Shown here piece after piece: positions 43,833-61,400 of a DNA stretch of 64,000 nucleotides. The position numbers and the translations under genes were made by a program. The notes beneath the pieces were generated by a model. It did not search any database. It had not been told where the DNA came from and saw only the letters and a list, made by a program, of their open reading frames with translations. Position 1 is the first letter of the stretch, and each line of letters starts with the position of its first letter. Source of the DNA: Basidiobolus meristosporus CBS 931.73 (taxonomy: Eukaryota > Fungi > Basidiobolomycota); contig MCFE01000429.1 in NCBI GenBank assembly GCA_002104905.1, positions 12,478 through 76,477 of the forward strand, written 5' to 3'.

Positions 43833-44119
43833 TCTAAGGAGTGAAGGAAATCTGAATTTTTTGAAATTTTAGATACCAAGTATTGCTTTTCTGGATTTTT
43901 TTGGATTTTCTTAATCATCATCATAGGAAAGGATTAAATATATAGATTCGCGCGCATTTCATGCATACAAGAATTCCCCCTCCAAATGGGTTCGAGTCAA
44001 ATATCCAGATGTCTGAACCAGACCGTATTCACCGAACAGAGAAACCAAGTTGGAGGATCTGCTTCGAAGAACACGGTTTTGGAACAAATGATCCGATACT
44101 GTTACTAGCAGCTGCTAAC

Positions 44120-49909
<5,790 letters not shown>

Positions 49910-51106
49910 GTTTTCTTTTTGCTGAGTACTGTCAGAACTAGAACGAATCTTCAGAAACAATAAGATGTTTGTTAGAGTACGTAGTTTGAAGGAGTATGAA
50001 ATAACCGCTGGTTATGATCAACGAGCACTACTTCAGAAGAGTTTGTGAAACCTTTACTTACCCAACAACCTTAAAGGTGAAAATTTGTCGCGTGAATTGA
50101 TGATTGTGATGACAGACGTGTATGCTATAGTAAATATCAACAAAAGAGGATTAACAACTTTTGCAGTGTCGGATTTTTATTTTTTACTAACAATTCCCAG
50201 TGGAAAACAAATGGCTTTTCTCAGACTTAGAAGGAAGAGAGAAAAGAAACGCTGCCTCTTTTGCCAATCCACCATCTTCATTTAAGGACCTGATCTGCTT
50301 ATATATCGTGGCGGTTGTTGCTCACATGACTAGATTCACCTGAAGGTTATGGGATTCAAAATATTTGAATATGTACCCTCGAGGGATTTTTTTATATTTT
50401 ATTTTCCAGCAGGAACCGTGGATGTCTATATTTGGCTTTTGCAAAGATTACGATACCAATCAATACCAAATTCATATCGCAATACATCAGCATTACCAAT
50501 AACGATAACCAAAAATGTTGGGACTATACTGCGAACAAATATTGCATTCGAGCATTCAGAGTGGTCAAACATTAAAAATGAAAAAAAAACAGCTACGGAT
50601 ACATACGTTTTTTTAGCAACGTGGACTGCCTGAACTTCCACAGCAGCATTCACGTAGTATTCTTCACTTTCTACAATCACACTTTGGGCTTTTGTAGTAG
50701 AAGTACTAAAACCAGCCGATCAGCACATAGCTTGAGGCGCACAGTTGACCATTGTAGCGCAAGTAGCGCAAAAGAAATGGCTGCTGTTTGACATGCCGGG
50801 TGCTTCTTAAAGAGTAAAGCTGTGCAAAGTACTGACAAACAAGTCAACAACGCCAGCGCGGGCGTGTTCTACTGAAAACACCAGAGGCTTGTGTAGTGAA
50901 AATCAACAAACTTACCTATAGACGTGATATTTGTACAGTGCCATACTTTGCCTAAACGCACGTATTCTACTTTTTGCCCAAGTTGTTGCACGTTTGGGGT
51001 AAAATGGATATTTTATCTAATGGACATTCATGATTTTATTTTGATTAGGTGAATATACACCTAAAGATGTACAGAGTGCGTAAATGGAAAAAAGGCAATG
51101 CGAAGC

Positions 51107-52121
51107 TTACTCAACAAGGTCACCGTATTGGTTGGTTCTGGCTCTTCCGGATTGTTTCAATGCATCTACATCCTCTCTAGTTCTTGGAAAATCAGACGGC
51201 CCAGGCGCAGTACGTTCAACGGCTTCAGGTTCCTCCCACTGTCTATCATCATCACGCTGTGGACGCTGCGGTTGCGAATCACGATTTATGGATTGTTCTT
51301 TACGGATTTTCTCCCAAGAAGAATTTGGTGAATTGGCTGATCGAATCTTGGCCCATGCGGATTCCTTATGTTCTGGCGCCGGTACTTGGCTTTCTTCTTG
51401 AGACACTGCTGCGGGAATACGTGTATCAAACGGATCTCGCGAGTTATCGGACATTGCATATGAGTCTGACTCTATTTTGAAATCATCATTACTGCGGGAA
51501 TTGCTTGTGGAGGGGACTTCATTCGGAGTTAGTGGAGAGTTGGGGTCTCTACTCCCATCTCTGGTAATCCCACGCTGGCGTAACATATCGTCACTTGGAA
51601 AAACAAGGCTCAGTTTCAAATCATCTGAGGGATATCGGAAAATGATGATTCTTACTATACATCACGGACAAGTTGGTTAAGCCTAGGCGATTGCTTTAGA
51701 ATACTTAGCCCGGCACTTGTGCCAGTAACCATGCCCACTTGGCCACCAATCAAGAAGCCACCTGCAGAATCGCGGTGTAAGTACACGATAGATATGATAA
51801 ATAGTTGAATGCTTACCTCCGCACAATAGCATTGCAGGGACGCGAGGTACCCTCTTCCTTTGCGCTACGGTTTCAAGCGTTAGCTATACTGCTCTTGGAT
51901 ATCAACAGCCACTCATCCGAAAATACCCAAAATATATCCCAGACCAGCGCCAGCAAGGGAGGTGAGTGTGACTATAGGATTGCATACGATGTTCAGCTGT
52001 ATTGCCGGTCTTGGACTTGAAATGAATTTGGTTTACCATGAGTTCTGACTTTAGAGCGGGCCATATCAATAGCTCTCTTCTCCTCATCATTCAATTCATG
52101 ATTTTTTAAATGTTTAGCCAT
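51107..52121 (-). CDS. Two-TM protein with C-terminal NQYGD motif, OCIA-domain-like (uncharacterised)
   Basis: Five exons splice in frame: MAKHLKNHELNDEEERAIDMARSKVRTH|VTLTSLAGAGLGYIL|AQRKRVPRVPAMLLCG|GGFLIGGQVGMVTG...VRDVY|DDMLRQ...SAWAKIR...SWEKIRKE...RTNQYGDLVE*. Confidence 0.75.
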
Positions 52122-52357
52122 AACTGCGAGGATGTCCTGATTCATTTTGTTACTATTCGTCTCTTTCGGTGAGGTTACAATACAGGAAGTGACGTTTGAG
52201 TGCTAGTTTTGCTGGTGAGCAGGCTTGGTGTGTGTGACAGACAATACTTGCGTAATGACCTGGCATTGGATTTGGCGTCACGTGCATTGATGGTAATCAT
52301 AAAAATTGAAAATATTGGGGCACCCAGACTCTTGTGTCGGCATCAGCATTATAAGTA

Positions 52358-52370
52358 GAGAAATTTTTGA
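52358..52370. promoter_or_regulatory. RRPE-like motif GAGAAATTTTTGA upstream of RACK1
   Basis: Identical 13-mer also upstream of RPL43. Confidence 0.4.
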
Positions 52371-52483
52371 TCGAAAAAAAAAACGTGACCCTCGAGGAGA
52401 GGAGCGATTATAAACAATTGTAAGATTAATGCGGCCTCCTTCTCCCGGTTGATTTGTTATTTCGGTCACAAGAGCTCGCCAAA

Positions 52484-53707
52484 ATGGACACTCTTATCTT
52501 ACGTGGAACTCTTGAAGGTGAGCCATTCATTTTGATTCACGCTATTTTCTCATTAACCAGATGGATGGATGGATGGATAGATGATTGGATGAACTGGGTA
52601 ATAACCAATGAACTTACGTAGGTCATACTGGATGGGTCACTGCCATCGCCACCACCTCTGAAAACCCTGACATGCTCTTGTCTGCCTCTCGTGACAAGTC
52701 TCTTCTTATCTGGCACTTGACCCGCGACGAGACTCAATATGGTGTCCCTCGTAAATCTCTTCGTGGTCACAACCACTTCGTTTCTGACGTCTCCATCTCC
52801 TCTGATGGCCAATTTGCCCTTTCTGCTTCCTGGGACAAGACCCTTCGTTTGTGGGATCTCAACACCGGTGCCACCACTCGCAGATTTGTTGGTCACGACA
52901 AGGATGTCACCTCCGTTGCATTCTCTGCCGACAACCGCCAGATCGTTTCCGGCTCTCGTGACAAGAGCATCAAGTTGTGGAACACCCTTGGAGAATGTAA
53001 ATATAACCTCACCGAAAATGGTCACTCCGAATGGGTCTCTTGCGTAAGATTCTCCCCCAATCCTGCCAACCCCGTCATCGTCTCTGCCGGTTGGGATAAG
53101 CTTGTTAAGGTAAATGTCGCTCTTGCTCCCCTAGTTTGCACGTTTCTAGATGATGTTTTATATATTTGCTACTTCAGAAGAGGGTCGCTCCTCAAATGAG
53201 ACAAATTTCACCAATATTCTGATTTCCCCACGCTTCAGCGCTATACAACCACTTTTTCTCAAATCTAACAAAAACCTCCTCTAGGTCTGGGATCTCTCCA
53301 AGTGCAAGATCCGCACCAACCACATCGGTCACACCGGCTATGTCAATACTGTCACCATCTCTCCTGATGGCTCCCTCTGTGCTTCTGCTGGCAAGGACGG
53401 TGTTGTCATGCTCTGGGACCTCAATGACGGCAAGCACCTCTACTCTTTGGAGGCTGGTGATGAGATCAATGCTTTGATCTTCAGCCCTAACAGATACTGG
53501 CTCTGCGCTGCCACTTCCTCTGGCATCAAGATCTGGGATTTGGAATCCAAGACCATTGTTGATGAGCTCCGTCCCGAGTTCGTTGGTGTTGGTCGTAGAT
53601 CTGCCGATCCCCAATGCATCTCCCTTGCTTGGTCCGCTGACGGTAACACCCTTTTCTCTGGATACACCGACAACCTTATCCGTGTCTGGCAAGTCATCAG
53701 AGCCTAA
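52484..53707 (+). CDS. ASC1: RACK1/Asc1 seven-WD40 ribosomal scaffold protein, 3 exons
   Basis: [76 protein letters not shown]. Confidence 0.98.
53146..53226 (+). ncRNA. SNR24: Box C/D snoRNA U24 (snR24/SNORD24) in RACK1 intron 2
   Basis: C box ATGATGT 53150; guide TATTTGCTACTT; D' CAGA 53175; hairpin GAGG-G...T-CCTC; C' ATGAGA 53196; CACCAA...; D box CTGA 53219. The layout matches yeast snR24, which lies in the ASC1 intron (compared from memory). Confidence 0.9.
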
Positions 53708-53989
53708 GCGCCGCCCATATTCTTTTTACAATGTAAAAATAAATATCTCTACACCTAATTTCTCCCAACTTGCTATTCGAAGAGCTCTTTATGGTTGCTA
53801 CCATCAAGCGTCAGTACCGAGCCGCCTGATGTTCCTTTGCCTCAGAGAGTATGGGGGAAATCGAGCACCCCAAGAAAAATCAGTGAAATTATCGCTAATC
53901 ATAATCAGAAGCAGATGATTTGTTGAATGGAATTATTATTATTACATTATACATTGGAAATTAAATAGTACAGGTATTGGGTGAGCCGC

Positions 53990-54436
53990 TTACAAATCAC
54001 AAATGCTGAAATCGCCAGTAGGGTCTGGAGTTAACTCGAAGGGAACAGTTTGAAGGGAACAATCACTGTCAGCTCCAGGTGTACTGCCATATACTTCGAG
54101 GTAGTACTCTCCTTCTCTCTGGAGGCAAAGAGGAACGGTTAAAGTGAAGGACACTTCACCGTTGGCTGCGTTGACTCCCGGGTAACTGCGGTATTGGGTG
54201 TGAAGGAATTCATTGTTGTTGGCACTAAAGAGTGCAACAGTACTAATGAACTCGACATCAGAGTCATGAGCATCCCATTTCAAAGTCACTTGGTCGTTGG
54301 AGGCAAAAGTGGCTCTCTGCTCTCCGATATGCTGAAGGGAAGAGACGGACCAGTTGTTGCACTGGTTTTTGGCAATTGGTGCGGCGGAGACTTGAGCGCC
54401 CAGGGCAAGAAGGATGCAGGCTACGAAGTTTCTCAT
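53990..54436 (-). CDS. Small secreted protein, 148 aa, predicted beta-rich, 4 mature Cys; function unknown
   Basis: Single-exon ORF with signal peptide MRNFVACILLALGAQVSA and alternating beta patterns (VTLKWD, VSFTLTVP, YYLEVYG). Confidence 0.75.
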   Translation of the reverse strand: MRNFVACILLALGAQVSAAPIAKNQCNNWSVSSLQHIGEQRATFASNDQVTLKWDAHDSDVEFISTVALFSANNNEFLHTQYRSYPGVNAANGEVSFTLTVPLCLQREGEYYLEVYGSTPGADSDCSLQTVPFELTPDPTGDFSICDL

Positions 54437-55269
54437 TTTGTTGTAGTAGTAGATATAGATGTTTGGAATGTTTGAATCACCGAGACCAGCAATTTGTATT
54501 TATACCAGCTTGTGGGAGTATTTCGCGCCGAAAAGAGTGAAACACAACTGCCAACCAGCCTATAATTAGAAATCTTGAAAGGTCACGGTTAAACCGCGTT
54601 CTAAATGCCATTCGAAATGTCTATTCGAGAAGAACACGAAACCATCAATGATATGTAAACATTTTTTTCAGCTATGAATAACGAGATAAATATAGCCGAT
54701 TATTTATAGATATCATGCTAATCCTGACAACTGGAATGGCCTTTGGGTGTAAGTTACGGTAAATAACACCCTCATATAACCAATCTCAACAAGGCCCCTC
54801 GGCAAAGTTCGGCAACCTGGTTTTCCTATTGAGCCGAGATTGAAAACTAATTTCGTGATTTGTTTTCACTACAGATTTAAGCTTCTTCGCCAAAAAAGTT
54901 CAGATTGATGATGTCATAGAACCTAGTGAAATCAGCTGGATCTCCTTATTAGTCCTGAAGCACTAGCAATATAACTGAAAGTTCTACCGATTTCCAGTGG
55001 AAATGCAGTAGTACCATTATCCCCATATCTACTTGCTTGTATAAGATATTGCTGCAGTAGAGCGTGACAAAGCTTTGTATCTTGCACTTTAGAGTCTCGA
55101 TCTAAAAATGCTCATGCACCTTGTCTGAGCAGGCCTTTAACAACCGCATATTTTATACTACCTATATCTCTGTACATGTAAATCCCACACTACATAAAAG
55201 CTACATACTCGAATATTGAAAGCCTTTTACTTGGATTAGACGATTGATAGTGTCCAATAGCAATCTTGC

Positions 55270-55476
55270 TAGTGACTTTGTCAAAATATATAGAAAGTAA
55301 TTTTTCCTTACTGGTGAATTTATGCTACTAGTACAAAGTAGTAAAAGAAAATGTTAGAATGCACTAATGGAGGCCACAAAGGATGTATGCAAACTGGGCA
55401 AGCCAATTATTACAAGTGCTGATGGGATCTTGGTGGTGATTTGGTGTACTTGGATAAAATTGCAGTATTACAACTA
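55270..55476 (-). mobile_element. Highly degraded LTR remnant of the copia family
   Basis: Patchy similarity to the 349-bp LTR (e.g. AATGTTAGAATGCACTAATGGAGGCCACAAAGGATGTATGCAAA vs ACACGTAGAATAGGTTAAGGAAGGTCCCAAGAACATGTGTGCAAA); ends ATTACAACTA. Confidence 0.4.
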
Positions 55477-55479
55477 GTG

Positions 55480-55862
55480 ATCTATAAATATTCTGTAATT
55501 ACACCAAGATATTCACCTAGCTTAGTCACTTAAAACATTGCCTACAAATCTTAGAGAATTCTGGCCAAATTTCTTGTTGGCATTTACTTGGAATACATTT
55601 GCCAAAATATTAGTTATCCAGAACATGAATATTGATTAGTTGTCAAAATAGCCCAAAATTTTGAGCACATCCTTTTGGGACTGTTCTAAACATATTCCAA
55701 GTATTTGTGTTGTCAAGACCATGTAAAAGCATACATACTACTATTAAATTCAATAAATCATCTGGTAAAACCACATGGTCTACTTGTTTTCTTGATCCTT
55801 TCCAATATCTCCAGGACTCTTGCAGCAGATTATAAGCCCCAAGCTGCCACCCTCTTAGTCAT
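55480..55862 (+). mobile_element. Degenerate LTR (to 55827) plus PBS and 35 nt of leader
   Basis: Collinear with the family LTR; ends GACTCTTGCAGCA and is followed by GATTATAAGCCCCAAGCTG. Confidence 0.8.
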
Positions 55863-56880
55863 TGTGGTAAAAGCTTGTAATTGCACCTAAATATTCACCT
55901 AGCTTAGTCACTTAGCTTATTACCTACAGATCTTAGAGAATTCTGACCAAAGTCCTTATTGGGATTTACTTCAAACATTCCTCACCAAAAGATCAGGTAC
56001 CCAGAGCATAGAGTTTGGATAAGTTGTCCAAACAGCCCCAAACTATATACACATGTTCTTGGAGCTTTTCTTAATATATTCTGCACTTTTGTTTTGCTAA
56101 GAGCATGCAAAAGTATAAATACTGCTTTTACTAGTGCAATTATTCTGAGGAGTGTTGGAAGTGATGTGAAGAGCTAGAGGATTTACATGTTATTCCATTT
56201 GTAGATTTATTGATCAAAAGTAAGTTATTTATACTTTTGAAAACATAGAGCAAACAAATGTGTAGAGTTTGCTAAGAAAGGTCCCAACAATATGTATGCA
56301 AAGTTTGGGGGCTTTTGGACAACTTTGAGAAAGATCAAAATTGGGGTACCTGGTAATTTGGTCAAAATATTCTAAGTAAATCCCCACAAGAAGTTTGGTC
56401 AGGACAGAATGCTAATCTGAGAATAAAGTCTATGTGACTAAGTTAGCATGAGTATTTAGGTGACAACTTAATAATTACAACATTTACAACCTATATATCA
56501 TTAAGTAAAACAATACAATATGCTGGTTCTGCCAATCACTTGCAATTTCTACTAAGCTTTTACAACAGGTTATGGACACTGAGCTATCACTCTCTGCAAT
56601 GTATACTACATCTATCACAGAAATCTCTGCCTCTGCTGAGAGCTTTTGGATCCAGAAACAAAGTTTAGAGGGTGTGGATGAAGATGCTACATTGGGAAAG
56701 AGACCTCTGGGATATGGCTATGGGAGGATAATGCCTGCCTAAAGGAGTGACAGAAGAATCATTGAAGTACCAGAAGAAAGAACAAAGTGCCTTTAACTAC
56801 ATTTGCCATACTACTGAAGACAAATTGCTCATTTTATGCTCAAGAGCAAAAACAACAAGAATGCCAGGAAGGCATTTGCT
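55863..56880 (+). mobile_element. Degenerate 5' LTR (55863-56567, split by a nested solo LTR) plus PBS and a decayed gag 5' fragment
   Basis: Starts TGTGGTAAAA. The two halves rejoin at TTTAC and end TTTTACAACA, followed by GGTTATG and sequence matching gag (AAGTACCAGAAGAAAGAACAAAGTGCCTTTAAC). Confidence 0.85.
56132..56482 (-). mobile_element. Solo LTR inserted antisense with a 5-bp TSD (TTTAC)
   Basis: 351 bp collinear with the LTR in reverse orientation; TTTAC at 56127-56131 and 56483-56487. Confidence 0.85.
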
Positions 56881-58042
56881 ATGAGAAATTATTGTGATGA
56901 TCCTGTCAAAATGCGGTCACATACTTAAAGTCCTGTGACTAAGCGGTACTGATCCCATCAGGACACCATGCAGAGACCATTGACAAATAATTGCACCATA
57001 GATTTCACAAAACATTTAGTCAAAATCTTTCATCAAAACAATATATTAGTAGTTTCTGATTGGTTCCCTACAAATTCACTCACTTTCTGATCCTGGTCAC
57101 CCAATCACCTGCTACATTTGTGTGCATTGATTGGCTATTGCCTCTTTTTCACACTCCTTACTTCCTGACTCAACCATTTCTCTTACTTTTCATGTGTACA
57201 AATTGATTTATTTCCATTGAAACTTCAGTTGTACCTCAATTGCCAATTTGTAGTGACCTATACAAGTCCCTATACCCTACACTAACATTAGGCCCAACCC
57301 CACACTCAACAAGTAACTCCATTCAAAATCACCACTGAATAAGTATTTCTGCTGTAACAGTCTGTTTCCATGACTCTGGCAGGAACCCAATGGCTTTATG
57401 CCACTGTTCATTCACTGGTTCCCACACATCCTGGTCTTCAGCCAGCACTGCAAGGTCTACCACCACATCCACCAGTCTTTGCACTGAATCCTTGCAATAT
57501 TCAAGTGGGTTTTCTTGAGCACTACTCTTAAAGAAGTGCTGCAACCTCTTGGTGTGCCTATTAATGTTCCAAAATCCACTGAAGGCATTGTGATAGTCTT
57601 TTGAGTTCTTGACATTGTAATCAGTTAAGTAATGCAAAGTTGGGTTGGGTGCAACTAGCAACTAATTTTTATCAGGAAAACTCCACCAAGATATGCCAGA
57701 TTTCTCATGGTCACAAGCCAACTTCTACACCATTCAATACAGAATTCACACAAACAAAAGCCAGAGTGTGCCTATAAGGGGGACTAAAATCCAGCTGGGA
57801 GAAGGAATATATTGGCTAAATACCAAGAAGTTCTTTGCCAATATTCAGGAGGTATTCATGGCAGAAGTGGCAACAACCAAGCATATGTTTGCAGGATGTA
57901 TATGCTACCAGCAGTACAAGGTATATGGCAACTTTGCAAGTATCACACTAAAAAGCCGTAAAGTTGAGGTGATAGAAGTATGTCAATTGCGGCAGGTGTG
58001 TGCATTTGTAGAGGTTGGTAAGCCAGAGGCCATAGCTTTTTT

Positions 58043-58391
58043 TGTTGTAAGAGTCTTGGAGATATTTGAAGTGATTGGGAGAACAAGTAGATAATGTGGT
58101 TTTCACTTAATGATTTATTGAATGTAAAAGTAGTATTTATACTTTTACATGATCTTGGCATTACAAACACGTAGAATAGGCTAAGGAAGGTCCCAAGAGC
58201 ATGTGTGCAAAGTTTGGGGCTGCTTGGACAACTTTGAGAATTTTCATGTTCTGGGTACCTGGCATTTTGGTGAAAATATTCTAAGTAAATCCCAACAAGG
58301 AATTTGGTCAGTATTCTCTAGGATTTGAAGGTGATGATCTAAGTGACTAAGTTAGGTGAGTATTTAGGTGGAAATACAAATTTTTACAACA
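58043..58391 (-). repeat. 3' LTR, 349 bp
   Basis: 8-bp terminal inverted repeats; TATAAATA and AATAAA on the element strand; 12 differences from the 5' LTR by manual alignment. Confidence 0.97.
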
Positions 58392-58400
58392 CTCCCACTC
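58392..58400 (-). promoter_or_regulatory. Polypurine tract GAGTGGGAG
   Basis: Purine-rich run immediately 5' of the 3' LTR on the element strand. Confidence 0.85.
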
Positions 58401-58402
58401 AG

Positions 58403-61400
58403 CTAAATGTTCATACTGACTAGACCTAATTTTGACCTAAGATATTCAAACTTGTCTCTAGCTAATGGTTTGGTATATATGTCTGCAATCATTTCATCTG
58501 TAGAACAGTAAACTAAGCTAACTAAGTTATTCTCTATAGCTTCACGTATGAAATGATGTCTAATATCTATGTGCTTGGTTCTAGCATGAAAAGTTGGATT
58601 TCTACCTAATTGTATACATCCTTGATTATCTTGAAATAAAGTAATGGCATTTTTTGACATAGGCCTAAATCTGTAAAAAGTTTTCTTAACCACATTGCTT
58701 CTTTTGTAGCTTCAAAGGCTGCCATATACTCTGCTTCTGTGGTGGAAAGTGCTATGGTTGGTTGCTTTCTTGAATTCCATGAAATTGCTCCTTTACAGTA
58801 AAGAAAGGTGTATCCTGTGGTGGATCTTCTGTCTTCTAAATTTTGTCCCCAATCAGCATCAGAGTATCCCACAAGATCCTGTTCTGAATCCTTATAAGTG
58901 TATCTTAAGCAGATATCAGCAGTTCCTTTTAGGTATCTAAAAATCCGCTTAACTGCTGAAATATGATCAGATCCATAGTTCTGATTATGTTGGCTGACAA
59001 CTCCCACTGAATATGATATCTGGACATGTTCCAAGCATGATATACATCAGGCTGCCAGCCATAGATTGATAAGGAAAGTCAGGGCTTTCAGATGGCACCA
59101 AGCTCTCTTGATTTGGTTGAGTTTTGACCAAGTTAAGGTTTGTCTCCATTGGGGTAGCTGCCGGTTTACAGTCTTCCATTTGGTACTTCTTTAGTATATC
59201 TTGAATATACTTGGATTGGCTTAGGGTGATAGTCTGGGTACTTCTGTCTATGGAGAACTTAATCCCTAAGTAGTAACTAAGTTCTCCTAGATTGGACATC
59301 TTGAACTCCTTAGATAGGCTGGATTTAGTCTCTTTCAATGTTTCTAGGTTATTGGCAGCTATAATAAGATCATCCACATATAGAGCTAATAGAACTGGAT
59401 CTGCTCTATCTGGCTTGCAGTATATACTATAGTCAGCATTACTTCTTTTGAAACTCAAAGATTCCAAATAAGAATCTATCTTGCAATTCCAGGCTCTTGG
59501 TGATTGTTTGAGACTATATAGTGACTTTTTGAGCTTGCAGACCAAATGGGGGTTATCTTGGTCAACAAACCCATCAGGCTGGTCCATATATACGTACTCA
59601 TCAAGCTCTCCATTCAAAAATGCAGTTTTTACATCCGTTTGATGAATAAAAAACTTATATTTGGCTTCAATAGCCAATATTAATCTGATGGAATTAAACT
59701 TGGCTACCGGTGCAAAGGTCTCAGTGTAGTCAAGTCCTTTTGTATGAGAGTATCCTTTGGCTACAAGTCTTGCTTTGTATCTTTCAATTGTACCATCAGC
59801 CTTGTATTTTGTCTTGAAGACCCATCTGCATCCAACTGATTTATGGTTAATTGGTAATTTGACTAAGTCCCAAGTTTGATTTTCCATCAGGGCCTGATAT
59901 TCCTTAGTCATTGCAGGTCTCCAAAACTTTGTCTGAGGGCTATTTAGGGCCTCATTTACAGTCTGGGGCTCATCAATATGGACTGAATAGGCATAGGCTA
60001 AGTTTGTACCCTCATTGATATAGTAATTTGGGCTATTTCTTGTCCAATTGGATCTCCAGGCATTTGATACCTGAATGATCACTTCTGGGATATTACTGGG
60101 CACTGATTCTGGCTGAACCATGGTGTAGAGTCCTCTGGAGTGAAAAATTTTCATTGTTTTGCTCTGATTCAATCCTGACAATTGGTGGACTTGAGATCAA
60201 ATTTTTGTCATCATCTGATGTCATTTTTTGTGAAAATTTTGAAATTTCATCAAACAACACATCCCTGGACTTGATAAGCTTCTTTGCTTTGGTATTGTAG
60301 AGGCTGTATGCCTTACTCTCATTGCAGTAGCCCAAAAATATGCATTTTACACTTTTTGGCTCAAATTTTGACTGATTTCCGGCCAGTTTTTTGGAATATG
60401 CTGTACACCCAAATATTCATAGATGTTCTGAACTTGGTCTGAATCCATACCATGCTTCAAATGAAGTAGAATCGCAAAGTATTCTGTTATAACTCCTACT
60501 TCTAAGGTATACAGCAGTGGCAACTGATTCCACCCAAAAATCATAGGATAATTTTTGATCATGGATCTTAGATCTTGCCATATCAATTATTGATCTGTTA
60601 GCTTGTTCTGCTACTCCATTTTGCTGTGGGGAGTATGGTACAGTAGTCTCTTGCTTTATCCCATGAATATTGCAGAAGTGGATGAAGAGTTTTGAGGTAT
60701 ATTCTCCACCATTGTCAGAGTGTATTTTCTTGATTTTTTCACCAGTTTCTCTCTCCACCATGGCTTTAAACTCCCTGAGCTTAGACAGAGCTTCTTCCTT
60801 TCTCTCCATGAAGTAGACCCATGTGTATCTTGTATAATCATCAATTAAAGTGATTAAATACTTCATCCCACCTAAGGATAAATTTTGCATAGGTCCACAC
60901 AGATCTGAGTGAATTAGATCTGATTTTTTCTTAGTTTTGATTAATTCAGAGCTCTTGAACGGTTGTCTGGCTTGTTTCCCATATATGCAGGCTTCACAGT
61001 GCTCCAAATTAGCTGGGGGATCAATTTTCACTCCAGAAATTAGGTGATCTTTGATCATTTTACGCAAATAATCAAAATTGATGTGCCCAAATCTCCTGTG
61101 CAAAAGCATTGGTGTTTCTTCATTTAAGTTACTTATATTGGCTTCCAGATATGATGGAATATAAGTCAACTTGTATAGATTCTGATCTCTGATGCCCAAA
61201 GCAATATGGGCACCATTTTGATCAGTGATCCTGCATCCAGAATTGCCAAAACTGAAACTGAGTCCTTCTGCTGTGGCCTTGCTCACAGAGAGTAGGTACT
61301 TGGCTATTTCTGGTACATAGAGTACTTCTTTAAAGGTCAGTGTATGGCTTCCTTCACTGCTTCTTAGGTTTATTTGGATAGTTCCTTCTCCCACTGCATC

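Noticed and set aside
50718-50725. GATCAGCA, as in U6 snRNA
   Set aside because: No ACAGAGA box or surrounding U6 sequence.
57329-57661. VWEPVNE read as a chromodomain
   Set aside because: Lacks the Y(L)VKWxG core; too degraded to call.
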